In this document: positions 20,497-30,096 of the stretch, one piece after another
Position numbering within the stretch: position 1 is the stretch's first letter
How the letters are laid out: the number at the start of each line of letters is the position of its first letter
IMG/VR virus record: IMGVR_UViG_3300028549_000365
Location: 96,001 to 160,000 of that record
Source: a virus
Taxonomy: Duplodnaviria; Caudoviricetes
Reading direction: 5' to 3' (one strand)
DNA: 64,000 nucleotides
Notes under the pieces: generated by a model
What the model saw: the letters and a program-made list of their open reading frames with translations, nothing else
Told to the model about the DNA's origin: nothing
Database searches by the model: none
Position numbers and translations under genes: made by a program

Positions 20497-20943
20497 ATGT
20501 CACAAGAAAAATTACCACCAATCAAATTCGAATCTGAATTTAAAGTAGAAAAAGTAGAGGGAGTTGCTACAGCTATCTATGCTGATAAAGACGCTTTTTA
20601 TAAGGGAACTGAGCTAAGTAAAGATACTATCAAAGCTGTATTTGATCACAGTAACAATTATGTAGAATCTGCTACTTCAGAAGCTAAAGATTTAGCTCAA
20701 GATATTATGGAAAATGATAAAGCTATTAATAGTGTTATTGTGTCTTTACCGTATAGTCCAAGTAAAAAAGGGATTATAACTGTTAAAGCTAACAGAGAGC
20801 ATACTTATCCAGGTATGAACGGTTTGCCTGATGTAACAAAATCTACACTTAAAGTAATGGTAAAAGATCCGTACCAAAAATCTACTGGTGATAAAATCAA
20901 AGAGATGGAAGCAGAAATGACTAAAGCTCTTTTAGGTAGATAA
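20497..20943 (+). CDS. hypothetical protein, probably highly expressed
   Basis: 148 aa; own promoter, AGGAG SD and terminator; GCT/AAA/GAA-rich codon use like the chimallin, sheath and tube genes. Confidence 0.8.
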   Translation: MSQEKLPPIKFESEFKVEKVEGVATAIYADKDAFYKGTELSKDTIKAVFDHSNNYVESATSEAKDLAQDIMENDKAINSVIVSLPYSPSKKGIITVKANREHTYPGMNGLPDVTKSTLKVMVKDPYQKSTGDKIKEMEAEMTKALLGR

Positions 20944-20962
20944 CCAAAGTGCAGTAATAAAG

Positions 20963-21000
20963 AAAAACAGTACACCGCTATGGCGTACTGTTTTTTTTTT
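20963..21000. terminator. bidirectional intrinsic terminator
   Basis: A-tract, CAGTAC..GTACTG stem, T10; lies between convergent genes. Confidence 0.8.
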
Positions 21001-21008
21001 CTACTTTA

Positions 21009-21935
21009 TTATTGTCCTATAGTGTTATCCATAGTACCTGCTGCTTTACCAGCTGAAGTTTCAACTCGTTCATTAAAACCTACACCAGGTGTTGTAGCTA
21101 ATCTAGGATCAGCTTCGTTAATAGGTAGTATAAGATCAACATCTGGAATCTTATTAAGAACTGTTAACTTTTTAAGGATAGAATCCGCCAAAGTTAATAC
21201 AGCTTCATTATTAAGAGTAATAGATGTAGACTCTATACTTAACTCAACCATTTCACCTGCTGAATGTATATCTCTCTTACCTGTTCTATCACCATTACTT
21301 TTAAAGAACATGTTAGTACATAACCATGCATCAACTACGCTTCTATGTGTAATATCTGGTTCTATAAATATAACTGTACCTGTATAGAAGTTTGGTGTAT
21401 AAATACCAATCTCTGATTGTGCTGGTAGGAAATGTTTAATAACCAAAGGTTTCTTAGTATCAGGATCCATATAACCATATCTAATAACTGCATCAAGATA
21501 TTTTTGGATAGACTTACCTGCTTTTTCTTTAAATGTAAACGCTAATGAAGATCTAGCTCTAACAACGTTAGTGATCTCTTCTTGCATCTCACCAGCTCCA
21601 CCTATAGCGTGCTCATCTGTTTCAACAGTTAACCCTGAAGATAATCCGTCTATTGTTAATGGATGTAACTCAATTAGAGCTTTATATGCATCTATCCATT
21701 TTTGCGAATCTGGCATATAGGTCATAAACTCAGGATAAGCTAATACTACAGGTATTACATTTCTTCTAATATATGCTTGATTACTTATCCATTCGTCGTA
21801 GTACTTACCATCAGCGTCTACTCGTCCTATTCTAGCTAAGTGGCCGTTTTGTCCACCGTTTGCTAAATCCATTGTATTGTTATGTCCTGCGTACGCAGTA
21901 CCAGTGCTAAGCACTGATTCTTTTAATCTACTCAT
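21009..21935 (-). CDS. tail tube protein (phiKZ gp30-like)
   Basis: Directly downstream of the sheath gene; EWISNQAYIRRN, HPLTIDGL and AIGGAGEMQEE motifs. Confidence 0.8.
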   Translation of the reverse strand: MSRLKESVLSTGTAYAGHNNTMDLANGGQNGHLARIGRVDADGKYYDEWISNQAYIRRNVIPVVLAYPEFMTYMPDSQKWIDAYKALIELHPLTIDGLSSGLTVETDEHAIGGAGEMQEEITNVVRARSSLAFTFKEKAGKSIQKYLDAVIRYGYMDPDTKKPLVIKHFLPAQSEIGIYTPNFYTGTVIFIEPDITHRSVVDAWLCTNMFFKSNGDRTGKRDIHSAGEMVELSIESTSITLNNEAVLTLADSILKKLTVLNKIPDVDLILPINEADPRLATTPGVGFNERVETSAGKAAGTMDNTIGQ

Positions 21936-21956
21936 GTTTTATCCTTTTCTTTTTTA

Positions 21957-24107
21957 TTATAAATCTGAGCTTCTATAAGCTTGTGTAGTGTAAACCATTT
22001 TAGTTTTAGCATTAGCAGCATATAGTTTGTTTATTAAATGCCAACTGTATCCACGTTGTGCATCAGCCTCATCTATAACAACTTCAGGGATAACTGTAAC
22101 TAAATCAGCAAATATACCAGCAAGTCTTTTTTCCATATATGTTGTAACAGCTAATGTAAATTCACTATCTGTCATAAATGTAGCTCCTGAGAATTCTCTC
22201 CAACAGTCGTCAGCTATTTTAACTAATGTTCCAACTGCGAATACATTAGGCCAGCTATTAAGAACAGAAGTATCATCGTCATATACTGTTTGAACAGCAG
22301 GGAAGAAGTATTGAACTCTATCTTTAGGTTGTGCCCAAACTACACCATCAGCCCATAATGTTGGTTTAATACCAGCAGGTATAAACGAAGGAGAAACATC
22401 TACTAACTCATCAAGAATAGCAGCATCACCGTGATCGAATTTGAAATTAGATTTCCATTTGTAATCACCAGCTCCCATCATTTTAGCTGTTTTAAGTGCA
22501 AGCTCATAAGTAAGTGGTATTCTATTTAATGTAGAACCATCTCTCATCAACCCTGTACCACCCATAACAACACATCTCATAACTGGTGTTCCGTAGTATT
22601 CAGACTCAGGTGCTAATTTAGCTCTAGTTTTAAGGGCTACAGCGATAGCTCTAATATCAGAAAGTGATACATCTTTTTCCCCTAAACTATCATCGTGTGT
22701 AGAAAGAACAACGTTAGTATCTTTTCTATAAGCTATGAAGTCTATTAAGCTTTTCTTAGTTTCTAATCTAAAACCAGAATCGTAGATAGTAGATTCAACA
22801 TTGATAGCTGTATCCATAACTTCTGAATCAGGATCTGCATATTTAGCTAATTCTCTTACCAATACACTTTCGTACATCTCATTACTTAAAGATCCATCAG
22901 AACCTCCGTTAAGGAATATAGGTGAGTATTTAGAAATACTTATCTCTTTTTGTGTACCTGTTAATACTGGCGTAGAGTTATCTCTAACTACAGTAAAGTA
23001 AGGTTTACTTTTAGAAGATTTGCAGTTAAATAACTCTATAAGATATTTCTCTTCTAGTAATTTATCTTGATCCGCTGTAGTATAATCAAACCAACTAGCA
23101 CTAGTAGCCATTTTACCATCATCATACATAACATCAGTATCTGAGATATAAGCTCTTTCTAACGTCATAATATCAGTTAACACGATTTCTAAGTTATTTC
23201 TATAAACATAAAGACCTTCATAGTCATTGTATCTAAGAGATTTCAACACATCTGTTTCGTTAAACCATTGTTGTGCAAACACTGCATCAATATCAAATCT
23301 AGCTTCTGTTAAAGGATTTTTAACTTTCTCTTTAAGAGCACAAATTACAGATGGTTCACCGTATAAACTTCTAAAAATTGTTGGTGTCGCTCCAGCGTTT
23401 GTTCTTGAGTACAATGCTAATTTATAAGGTATAACTTTAGCTTCGTCTGTAATTCTATCAGAAACATCTTCCCCATAAAGAGATTCTATTGTAAAACCAA
23501 TATTATTATAGTACTCACCTTGATATTTAGCCATAAACTCCATAAGTGGATACATAGTAGATTTAACACCATTAGCTTCCATAGTACCTTGTTTAGTAGC
23601 TAGTGTACCTAATTGTCTATCAACCGTACCAGTATTGTATTCAGTAATGAATTTTATTTTTAACCCTTGGATAGTAGGTGTAATTGCATCTATTTTGAAC
23701 GCGTTAGTATCTGGATCAATAGCGTAATCACCTGTACTATTTCTTACATAGTTAGGGATATCAGTTCTTAATACATCTACATATAAAGTGATATTACTTC
23801 TAACACCTGCATCATCAGCGACTAATCGTTGAACCATACATGCGTTACCAGTACCGCCGATAGCTTCCAAAAATCTTGTTTGGTGGTTATAATAACCTAA
23901 ATCTCTGTCAAATGTTTCTACACCATAACTAGGAATAAATTTAGCCGCACCTAATAACATAGGTTTAGTGCTACCTTTTCTAGCTTTGATATATACTTTT
24001 GGACAATGTTGTGGTATAGGGTCTCTCTCTGGAGTTACTACTCTACCGCTTTTATCGTCAGTTCCTAAATGTATTACACCCGGAGATGCATTTTTTATTA
24101 AACTCAT
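21957..24107 (-). CDS. tail sheath protein (phiKZ gp29-like)
   Basis: 716 aa; NASPGVI-LG--DKS start, YDSGF-LETK and FFPAVQTVYDDDTSVLNS motifs. Confidence 0.85.
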   Translation of the reverse strand: MSLIKNASPGVIHLGTDDKSGRVVTPERDPIPQHCPKVYIKARKGSTKPMLLGAAKFIPSYGVETFDRDLGYYNHQTRFLEAIGGTGNACMVQRLVADDAGVRSNITLYVDVLRTDIPNYVRNSTGDYAIDPDTNAFKIDAITPTIQGLKIKFITEYNTGTVDRQLGTLATKQGTMEANGVKSTMYPLMEFMAKYQGEYYNNIGFTIESLYGEDVSDRITDEAKVIPYKLALYSRTNAGATPTIFRSLYGEPSVICALKEKVKNPLTEARFDIDAVFAQQWFNETDVLKSLRYNDYEGLYVYRNNLEIVLTDIMTLERAYISDTDVMYDDGKMATSASWFDYTTADQDKLLEEKYLIELFNCKSSKSKPYFTVVRDNSTPVLTGTQKEISISKYSPIFLNGGSDGSLSNEMYESVLVRELAKYADPDSEVMDTAINVESTIYDSGFRLETKKSLIDFIAYRKDTNVVLSTHDDSLGEKDVSLSDIRAIAVALKTRAKLAPESEYYGTPVMRCVVMGGTGLMRDGSTLNRIPLTYELALKTAKMMGAGDYKWKSNFKFDHGDAAILDELVDVSPSFIPAGIKPTLWADGVVWAQPKDRVQYFFPAVQTVYDDDTSVLNSWPNVFAVGTLVKIADDCWREFSGATFMTDSEFTLAVTTYMEKRLAGIFADLVTVIPEVVIDEADAQRGYSWHLINKLYAANAKTKMVYTTQAYRSSDL

Positions 24108-24152
24108 GTGTTGCTCCTATTTTTTTATTTAATTCATTTAATTAATAAATAA

Positions 24153-25949
24153 TTATTCAAACATAAAATATTTATTATCAGCTGTATCGTTATTTATCAA
24201 TAACACCTTACCGTTACTTAGTAGTATACTATTAGAGAAACTAAATGTATAACTGCTTATCATCTCTAACTTATTTAATACCCCCTCTGTTATATTGTAA
24301 TAAAGAACACTCTTAGTATCATCTACCTTACTAGTAGTTTTATAGATTAAGTAATCACCATTAACCAAACGAACAGATCTAAGCTCTCTATTTCTAAACT
24401 CACTAACTACACTAACTCCGTCTGAGAAGGTGTTAGTAATAATATTATAAACATAACCTTTTTGAGCTGTTCCACCTATACACATATATCTACCTCTACC
24501 GATATCTATAAGTAATATAGGTACATTAGTCTCTATAGGTATTTCTTTTAGAACTGCTGTACCCATAGTTGATATATCTAATTTACATATCTTATTTGTA
24601 TTAACTGGTATATAAATAAACTCTGTTTCATTAACTTGTACAAAAGCGTTAGTTGTACCAATAGGTAATGTTTCATCTTGACGTTCTACACTATTCAACA
24701 TAGTAGCTGTTCTTGTAACTACATTATACTGAAAATGCATGAATATAGGTTTACCTGTATTACTAATGGTATCTATCAATATCGTGTTGTCGGTAAGGTA
24801 CTTATAAAATGTTCCTGTGTTAATCATGTTTAATAATGATAATCCAGTAACAGTACTATTCAATTCAGAAACTAGTTTTTCTGTGTTATGGTCGTAGGTC
24901 ATCTTTTTTATAGACTGTGAATTATTAGCTATATGTGGAATAGTTTTATTGTATAACTCATTAACATGTGTATTAGGTGCTAATATAGGTGTTTGTGAAG
25001 TGTACTTATATTTTATAACTTTAGTGTACTTAAAATTAGTATCCACTATATTAACTTCGTTCTTTGGAGATGTCTCTATATTTATACGTCTAATAACTGG
25101 TTCGTAGATATTTATGTTAGATACATATATGTCCACTATATATGTATTACTTTCTGCTAGTAACACACCTGGTATATCTATGTATTCTATTTCTTCAGTA
25201 ATAGCTTCTGACCATATTAGTTCTTCTGATAGTAAGGACTTTAATTCTATCTTATTTATATTGTTACTTAACGCTGGATCTATTTTAGATAGTTTTAATC
25301 TATAATCCACATAAGGAATTATTCTTTTTATATGTGACGTAACTTCAAAATTAAAATTGTATACATCCACAATAGCTTCACCATAACCAGATTCTATACC
25401 ACTAGCTGATATATGTGATGCTTTTATTATGATACGATTTAAATCGTTAGTCATAACTTCTGTTTTAGGAATAGTTATCTTAGTTAAGTTAACTTCGTCG
25501 TATAACGCACTGTATAATATATTGTTATAAATATCAAGTATTATCCAATGTGTTGCATAATGTCCGTCACCAGCTCCTCTGAAGAAACTAGTCTCTATTT
25601 CTATAGTGTCAGATGTTAGTATTTTATCTACATCTATAAACACCATTGGTTCGTCTATAATTATATCGTAGTTAACTATTAGACCATCTGATATATTAGT
25701 GTTAGTTATCTCTCTTACTGTAGACCAACTAGACTCATTACCAGTATTAAAATGTCTTTTATATCTTCCGTAATATGTTACACCTATTGGTACTATTACT
25801 TTAGAATAATATAATGTAAGGTTTACACTATCTTCTATAACCTCATCGATTATATTGATAAAGTTTATATCAGTAGCTATCTGATAAGTAGTTGCTGCGT
25901 GAGTCAATCCGTCTATAGGAACCCACGGTTTAAGTTTAATGGTTATCAT
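24153..25949 (-). CDS. virion protein with N-terminal FN3/Ig-like domains and a C-terminal beta-propeller-like region
   Basis: Two related H-AT-[YW]-I...NL units at the N-terminus; propeller-blade-like repeats at the C-terminus; upstream of the sheath gene. Confidence 0.55.
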   Translation of the reverse strand: MITIKLKPWVPIDGLTHAATTYQIATDINFINIIDEVIEDSVNLTLYYSKVIVPIGVTYYGRYKRHFNTGNESSWSTVREITNTNISDGLIVNYDIIIDEPMVFIDVDKILTSDTIEIETSFFRGAGDGHYATHWIILDIYNNILYSALYDEVNLTKITIPKTEVMTNDLNRIIIKASHISASGIESGYGEAIVDVYNFNFEVTSHIKRIIPYVDYRLKLSKIDPALSNNINKIELKSLLSEELIWSEAITEEIEYIDIPGVLLAESNTYIVDIYVSNINIYEPVIRRINIETSPKNEVNIVDTNFKYTKVIKYKYTSQTPILAPNTHVNELYNKTIPHIANNSQSIKKMTYDHNTEKLVSELNSTVTGLSLLNMINTGTFYKYLTDNTILIDTISNTGKPIFMHFQYNVVTRTATMLNSVERQDETLPIGTTNAFVQVNETEFIYIPVNTNKICKLDISTMGTAVLKEIPIETNVPILLIDIGRGRYMCIGGTAQKGYVYNIITNTFSDGVSVVSEFRNRELRSVRLVNGDYLIYKTTSKVDDTKSVLYYNITEGVLNKLEMISSYTFSFSNSILLSNGKVLLINNDTADNKYFMFE

Positions 25950-26025
25950 AGTATCTCCTTATTTTCAGTTAAATCCGATAATATTCAGATACATATTATA
26001 AAAATAGAACAAATAAAGGAAGTAC

Positions 26026-26358
26026 ATGCAAGATTATAGAGAAACAACATGGTTAAACATGTTAAAGAAAGTTGATAGTGTGTTAGACTCATTCGATAAT
26101 AGTCTAGACAGAAGTGTAATAAGATACATAGAAACTAATAAAAATAGTACCGCTAGAACTATCTATGTAGTTGATAGTGTGTATCCTAAAGTAGTGGTAT
26201 GTGAATTAGTGTGTGAGAAGAAAACAAGATTTAGTGCTGTTCCAGTTATCTCTATAATGGATGATATAACAGAAAACAACATAAAACAAAAGATACTAGC
26301 CGCAGTAACTAATGGTAGTTATCTTATGGAAATAGCAGATAGAGATAGTAAGTACTAA
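26026..26358 (+). CDS. hypothetical protein
   Basis: 110 aa; CATATTAT promoter-like motif at 25992; AAGGA SD. Confidence 0.7.
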   Translation: MQDYRETTWLNMLKKVDSVLDSFDNSLDRSVIRYIETNKNSTARTIYVVDSVYPKVVVCELVCEKKTRFSAVPVISIMDDITENNIKQKILAAVTNGSYLMEIADRDSKY

Positions 26359-26377
26359 CCATATGGTTAGTACTTAC
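26348..26377. terminator. perfect 30-bp palindrome / bidirectional terminator
   Basis: GTAAGTACTAACCAT|ATGGTTAGTACTTAC covers both convergent stop codons. Confidence 0.8.
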
Positions 26378-26634
26378 TTCTTATTACAAGACTCTATTGC
26401 TTTTTTTTGTTCGGAAATACATTCTAAAAGTTTAACAGTTGGAGTATAACCATCACCTTTGAAATCACATTTAACCACAGGTACTTTACAAGGTACTTCA
26501 ATATAAACATCTTTTGTCTCTATTATAGTCTTATACATAATAACTGGTTCTGGTTCTTTACAAGCACACCCTTTAAATATGAACATCATCATAAAACAAG
26601 AACCTATAAATAGAAATATATTATAAGCTTTCAT
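26374..26634 (-). CDS. o-spanin (outer-membrane lipoprotein)
   Basis: Hydrophobic signal ending FKGC (lipobox-like); Pro/Cys-rich VEVPCKVPVVKC; overlaps the i-spanin gene. Confidence 0.7.
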   Translation of the reverse strand: MKAYNIFLFIGSCFMMMFIFKGCACKEPEPVIMYKTIIETKDVYIEVPCKVPVVKCDFKGDGYTPTVKLLECISEQKKAIESCNKK

Positions 26635-27058
26635 AGTCTATCTCCGATATTCTTTTATTAAGTTCTAAACCTTCTTCGCATGAAGTTGAATTATAATCCA
26701 CATTAGGTTTAATAACATCTTTATATATGTAAATAAACTTTTCTTTTGGTGGTTTAGCTTTCCAAGCCTCATACTTAGCTTTGGTTACTTGTAGTTCCTT
26801 AGCTGAAGCTAATACTCTATCATTCATAATAGTTATAGTTCTGTTCAGATCTGATATGTTGTAGGTTAATATACCTATAACATTATCTCTATTTATAACT
26901 ATAAGTTTTTGTTTTTCTAAAGTATTAGATAACTCTAATATTCTTTTATCTTTTTCCGATATAGTGTTGTTAAGTGCTGATATCTTGAACCACACACTTA
27001 ACACGATAGCTAATATAACACCTCCAACTATTAGGTATTTATTTACCCAAGGAAACAT
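26621..27058 (-). CDS. i-spanin
   Basis: N-terminal TM, long coiled coil, C-terminal Cys; directly upstream of the lipoprotein gene. Confidence 0.7.
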   Translation of the reverse strand: MFPWVNKYLIVGGVILAIVLSVWFKISALNNTISEKDKRILELSNTLEKQKLIVINRDNVIGILTYNISDLNRTITIMNDRVLASAKELQVTKAKYEAWKAKPPKEKFIYIYKDVIKPNVDYNSTSCEEGLELNKRISEIDYESL

Positions 27059-27086
27059 ACTACTACTTTTTTCATGGTAACTCCTT

Positions 27087-28019
27087 TTATTTAATTTTAA
27101 TATACTCTTCTTCTAATCTATTCATTAAAATATCTTTAGTAAGTTCTTCAACTGGAATCTCATTTAACATACGTTGCAACACGATGTTGTCTTCTTCACC
27201 ATTCCATACTTTAATATAAGTACCTTCTTGGTAACCATTGTTTCTTCTAAAGATGTTTAACATATTTTTACCTAAGTAAAGTTTGTATATATCTTTAAAT
27301 GCAAAGTTATGTTGTTCTTCCATATAGATCATAAGTAATAATAATCCAACTATACATTGCTCTGTGTTAAACACTACCGCAAGCAGTCTTCTTATTTTAG
27401 GTATGATATTGTTAGGATCAACATTATCACCAGCATCATGATCAGCATGCATATCATTTATTGTATAGATAACATCGTTAAAGTTACTGAATAGTTCTAC
27501 AGTTCGTTCTACAGCTAACTCTCTAGTTAGTTCAACATTATTTTCTTTATAGAGATCTATAAACCCTTTAATAACATCACTTATCAAGAAGTGCCATACA
27601 TCAACTATTTCTAGTTTAATATTCTCGTAATCGATTTCAGTATCAATTTTACTCCAGTGTTTCCAAGGAGTACTTTTTAACATCTCCATCACTTCATCGT
27701 TAATACATGTTTTCCAGCAAATGTCTTTACCTTTATCAGTAATGTTGTTTACCCAACAAGTACCATTAGTAATATCATTAAGATCCCATTGTAATTTAAC
27801 CATTACTTCTAGCATACCTATATCTACAAGCATTTTAGTAGGTCCTACTGGTACCTCATTAAGTGATTCATCTGATTGCGTTTCTTCCTCAGTTTTATCC
27901 ATTAGTCGTTCTACCATTACACCACCAAGCATAGCTCCTATAGCAGCTGTTTCCACTTCACCAGCAGGTGTAGTACATTCTACATTTTCATTTGTTGTTA
28001 CTTCTTTTTCTTCTAACAT
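27087..28019 (-). CDS. dut: dimeric all-alpha dUTPase (dUTPase_2 family)
   Basis: PWKHWSK, EIVDVWHFLIS and YLGKNMLNIFRRNNGY..G.Y.K.WNGEEDN motifs. Confidence 0.9.
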   Translation of the reverse strand: MLEEKEVTTNENVECTTPAGEVETAAIGAMLGGVMVERLMDKTEEETQSDESLNEVPVGPTKMLVDIGMLEVMVKLQWDLNDITNGTCWVNNITDKGKDICWKTCINDEVMEMLKSTPWKHWSKIDTEIDYENIKLEIVDVWHFLISDVIKGFIDLYKENNVELTRELAVERTVELFSNFNDVIYTINDMHADHDAGDNVDPNNIIPKIRRLLAVVFNTEQCIVGLLLLMIYMEEQHNFAFKDIYKLYLGKNMLNIFRRNNGYQEGTYIKVWNGEEDNIVLQRMLNEIPVEELTKDILMNRLEEEYIKIK

Positions 28020-28092
28020 TTTATATCCTTTATTTGTTTATTTCAAACATATAGTTAGTATAAAAAATATATAACACATGTAACCTATATGG

Positions 28093-28590
28093 TTACATGC
28101 ATTTACTATCTATATATTTCCATATACCTTTTTTCTTCTTAATAGCTGTTTTCTCTAATTCATATAGATCATAGATAACTTCTCTAGGTAAGTTCTTATA
28201 ATCTTCTACTACGCCATAACCATTACGTATTATATCTTTATTCACATACTCTATATAAATAACTGGTCTATCTCTAAAGTCTACATCTACTATAGTATAA
28301 GTTAAGTTCTTTTTACTATAAATACTTTTAAATAAATATTCTTTAGCATTCATACCTAGTGTATGCATAAGTTCTTTATCTATGTTACAAGATATAACAT
28401 CTTTCTTAAATTTAGCGTTTCTAAACGACTCAGGGGTATCTATTCCTGCTAATCTATAATTACGTATAGTGTTATTGATATCTATCTTAATAGTGTCTCC
28501 ATCTACTATCTTTAATATCTTGTTAGTGGATATAGTTTCACTATGTGTTAATGAGATTAATATTGTTATTATTAATAAGTATTTAAGCAT
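28093..28590 (-). CDS. thermonuclease (SNase-like), signal peptide
   Basis: VDGDTI, RLAGIDTPES and D-R-R motifs; N-terminal hydrophobic signal. Confidence 0.9.
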   Translation of the reverse strand: MLKYLLIITILISLTHSETISTNKILKIVDGDTIKIDINNTIRNYRLAGIDTPESFRNAKFKKDVISCNIDKELMHTLGMNAKEYLFKSIYSKKNLTYTIVDVDFRDRPVIYIEYVNKDIIRNGYGVVEDYKNLPREVIYDLYELEKTAIKKKKGIWKYIDSKCM

Positions 28591-28733
28591 GTATTTCCTT
28601 GTTATATTACTGTGTACTATTTTATTTAATAGTATTAGATTCTGTGATATTATTATTATAATAAATTAGAGAGACTTCGTCTCTCTTAAGTTCTTTAATT
28701 TATTTGTTTCTTCCTAAATAACATAGCTCATTA

Positions 28734-28857
28734 GAAGTGACAGTACACACCGTTCGCTCTCCTCGCCTGCTTCCTACAACTAACATACTGCTCGCGGTCC
28801 TCTCCCCTGAAGAAAACGTCTTCAGTCGTGGTGTCGGATAAGAGTGTACTGCACTTC
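28734..28857. ncRNA. candidate structured small RNA (GC-rich island in an intergenic region)
   Basis: Closing stem GAAGTG-A-CAGTACAC / GTGTACTG-CACTTC and inner CTGAAG/CTTCAG hairpin; much more GC-rich than its flanks. Confidence 0.4.
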
Positions 28858-29177
28858 CAATAGAGAATGCTAAGACCTAAGTCTCATTAGTATAGAACCC
28901 ATAGTTATACTCTATCAAAAAGAGTAAGCTGTATATAATTTTATTTTGTTAATAACTTCGTCTATATTCTTACCTACTACCGTTAGTTAAGCCAGAGTCC
29001 CACCGTATAGATAGCTTGTAAACATGAATTAATGTAGAAGTTATTATTATTATTTATATATTATGCTCAGATAATAAGATATAGTTATATTTAACTTCCA
29101 ATATGTTATAAACGTATATTATATGTGTAGAATGTATAATAGCTAAATACATTACTATAAACTAAAGGAGAAGTATT

Positions 29178-29789
29178 ATGATACTTATATTTGACGAAAT
29201 TGAAATGTGTGGTGATCCACTATCTGGATTAACATATGGACTTATGGAAGAGATTAACGGTATAGAACATCCAATTACAAGAAGTTGGAGAATTAGAGAA
29301 CAAGATAGTAAAAGAGAAGTATGTGATGTATGTGAAGGTACATATGTACCTAATAGAAAAACAGCTGTTAATAACATATGTCCAGCATGTAAACTTTTGA
29401 AAGAGAAACATAATACTTGGTTCTCTTGTGATTTCGACACATCTTTATATTACATAGAGTATGATATATTAGAACAAGAAGCTAGAGACATACTCTATGA
29501 AGAAGAAGTTAGAAAAGCTATATATTTAATACTTGATGAAGCTATACCAGTACGCGAGAATGCTATCATACGAATGAGACTAGGTCTACTCGATGATGAG
29601 AGCGAGCGATCATTAGAAGAGATAGCTGATGCCTTAAATATAACACAAGGGCGAGTTAGACAACTTGAATCTAACGGTTTAAAAAGGTTAGGTCATACTA
29701 GAGGCTTTAAACACCGTGTTAACATAAGCTCTAATGATAATAAAAGATATGTTACATTATTAGAACTAGCTATAGATAGGTATAACTAA
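29178..29789 (+). CDS. Zn-ribbon plus sigma70 region-4 domain protein
   Basis: CDVC..CPAC, then RENAIIRMRLGL..ERSLEEIADALNITQGRVRQLESNGLKRL matching sigma70 r4; no sigma region 2 seen. Confidence 0.8.
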   Translation: MILIFDEIEMCGDPLSGLTYGLMEEINGIEHPITRSWRIREQDSKREVCDVCEGTYVPNRKTAVNNICPACKLLKEKHNTWFSCDFDTSLYYIEYDILEQEARDILYEEEVRKAIYLILDEAIPVRENAIIRMRLGLLDDESERSLEEIADALNITQGRVRQLESNGLKRLGHTRGFKHRVNISSNDNKRYVTLLELAIDRYN

Positions 29790-29792
29790 GTT

Positions 29793-30086
29793 ATGTTAAA
29801 AGATATTAGACTAAAGGATCTATCCAAGTGTTTAATAGCAGATAATCTAGGGATAACTTTTAATTCACAAATAGAGTACGGTGAGAATGCTATACATATA
29901 AAAACGGTTTATGACGACAGATCAGATACTAATGTATATGATATAGCTACAAGTGTTGAAATATTTAAATTATTAAATATCGAGGAAACACTTGTACCGA
30001 TACATTGCCAAGTTATAGATTGTGTTATTAATATAGTGAGAATTGACGTAGTGGTTATTATACCGATACAACAAATACAAGACTAA
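29793..30086 (+). CDS. hypothetical protein
   Basis: 97 aa; in operon. Confidence 0.6.
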   Translation: MLKDIRLKDLSKCLIADNLGITFNSQIEYGENAIHIKTVYDDRSDTNVYDIATSVEIFKLLNIEETLVPIHCQVIDCVINIVRIDVVVIIPIQQIQD

Positions 30087-30096
30087 AGGGGAAAAT

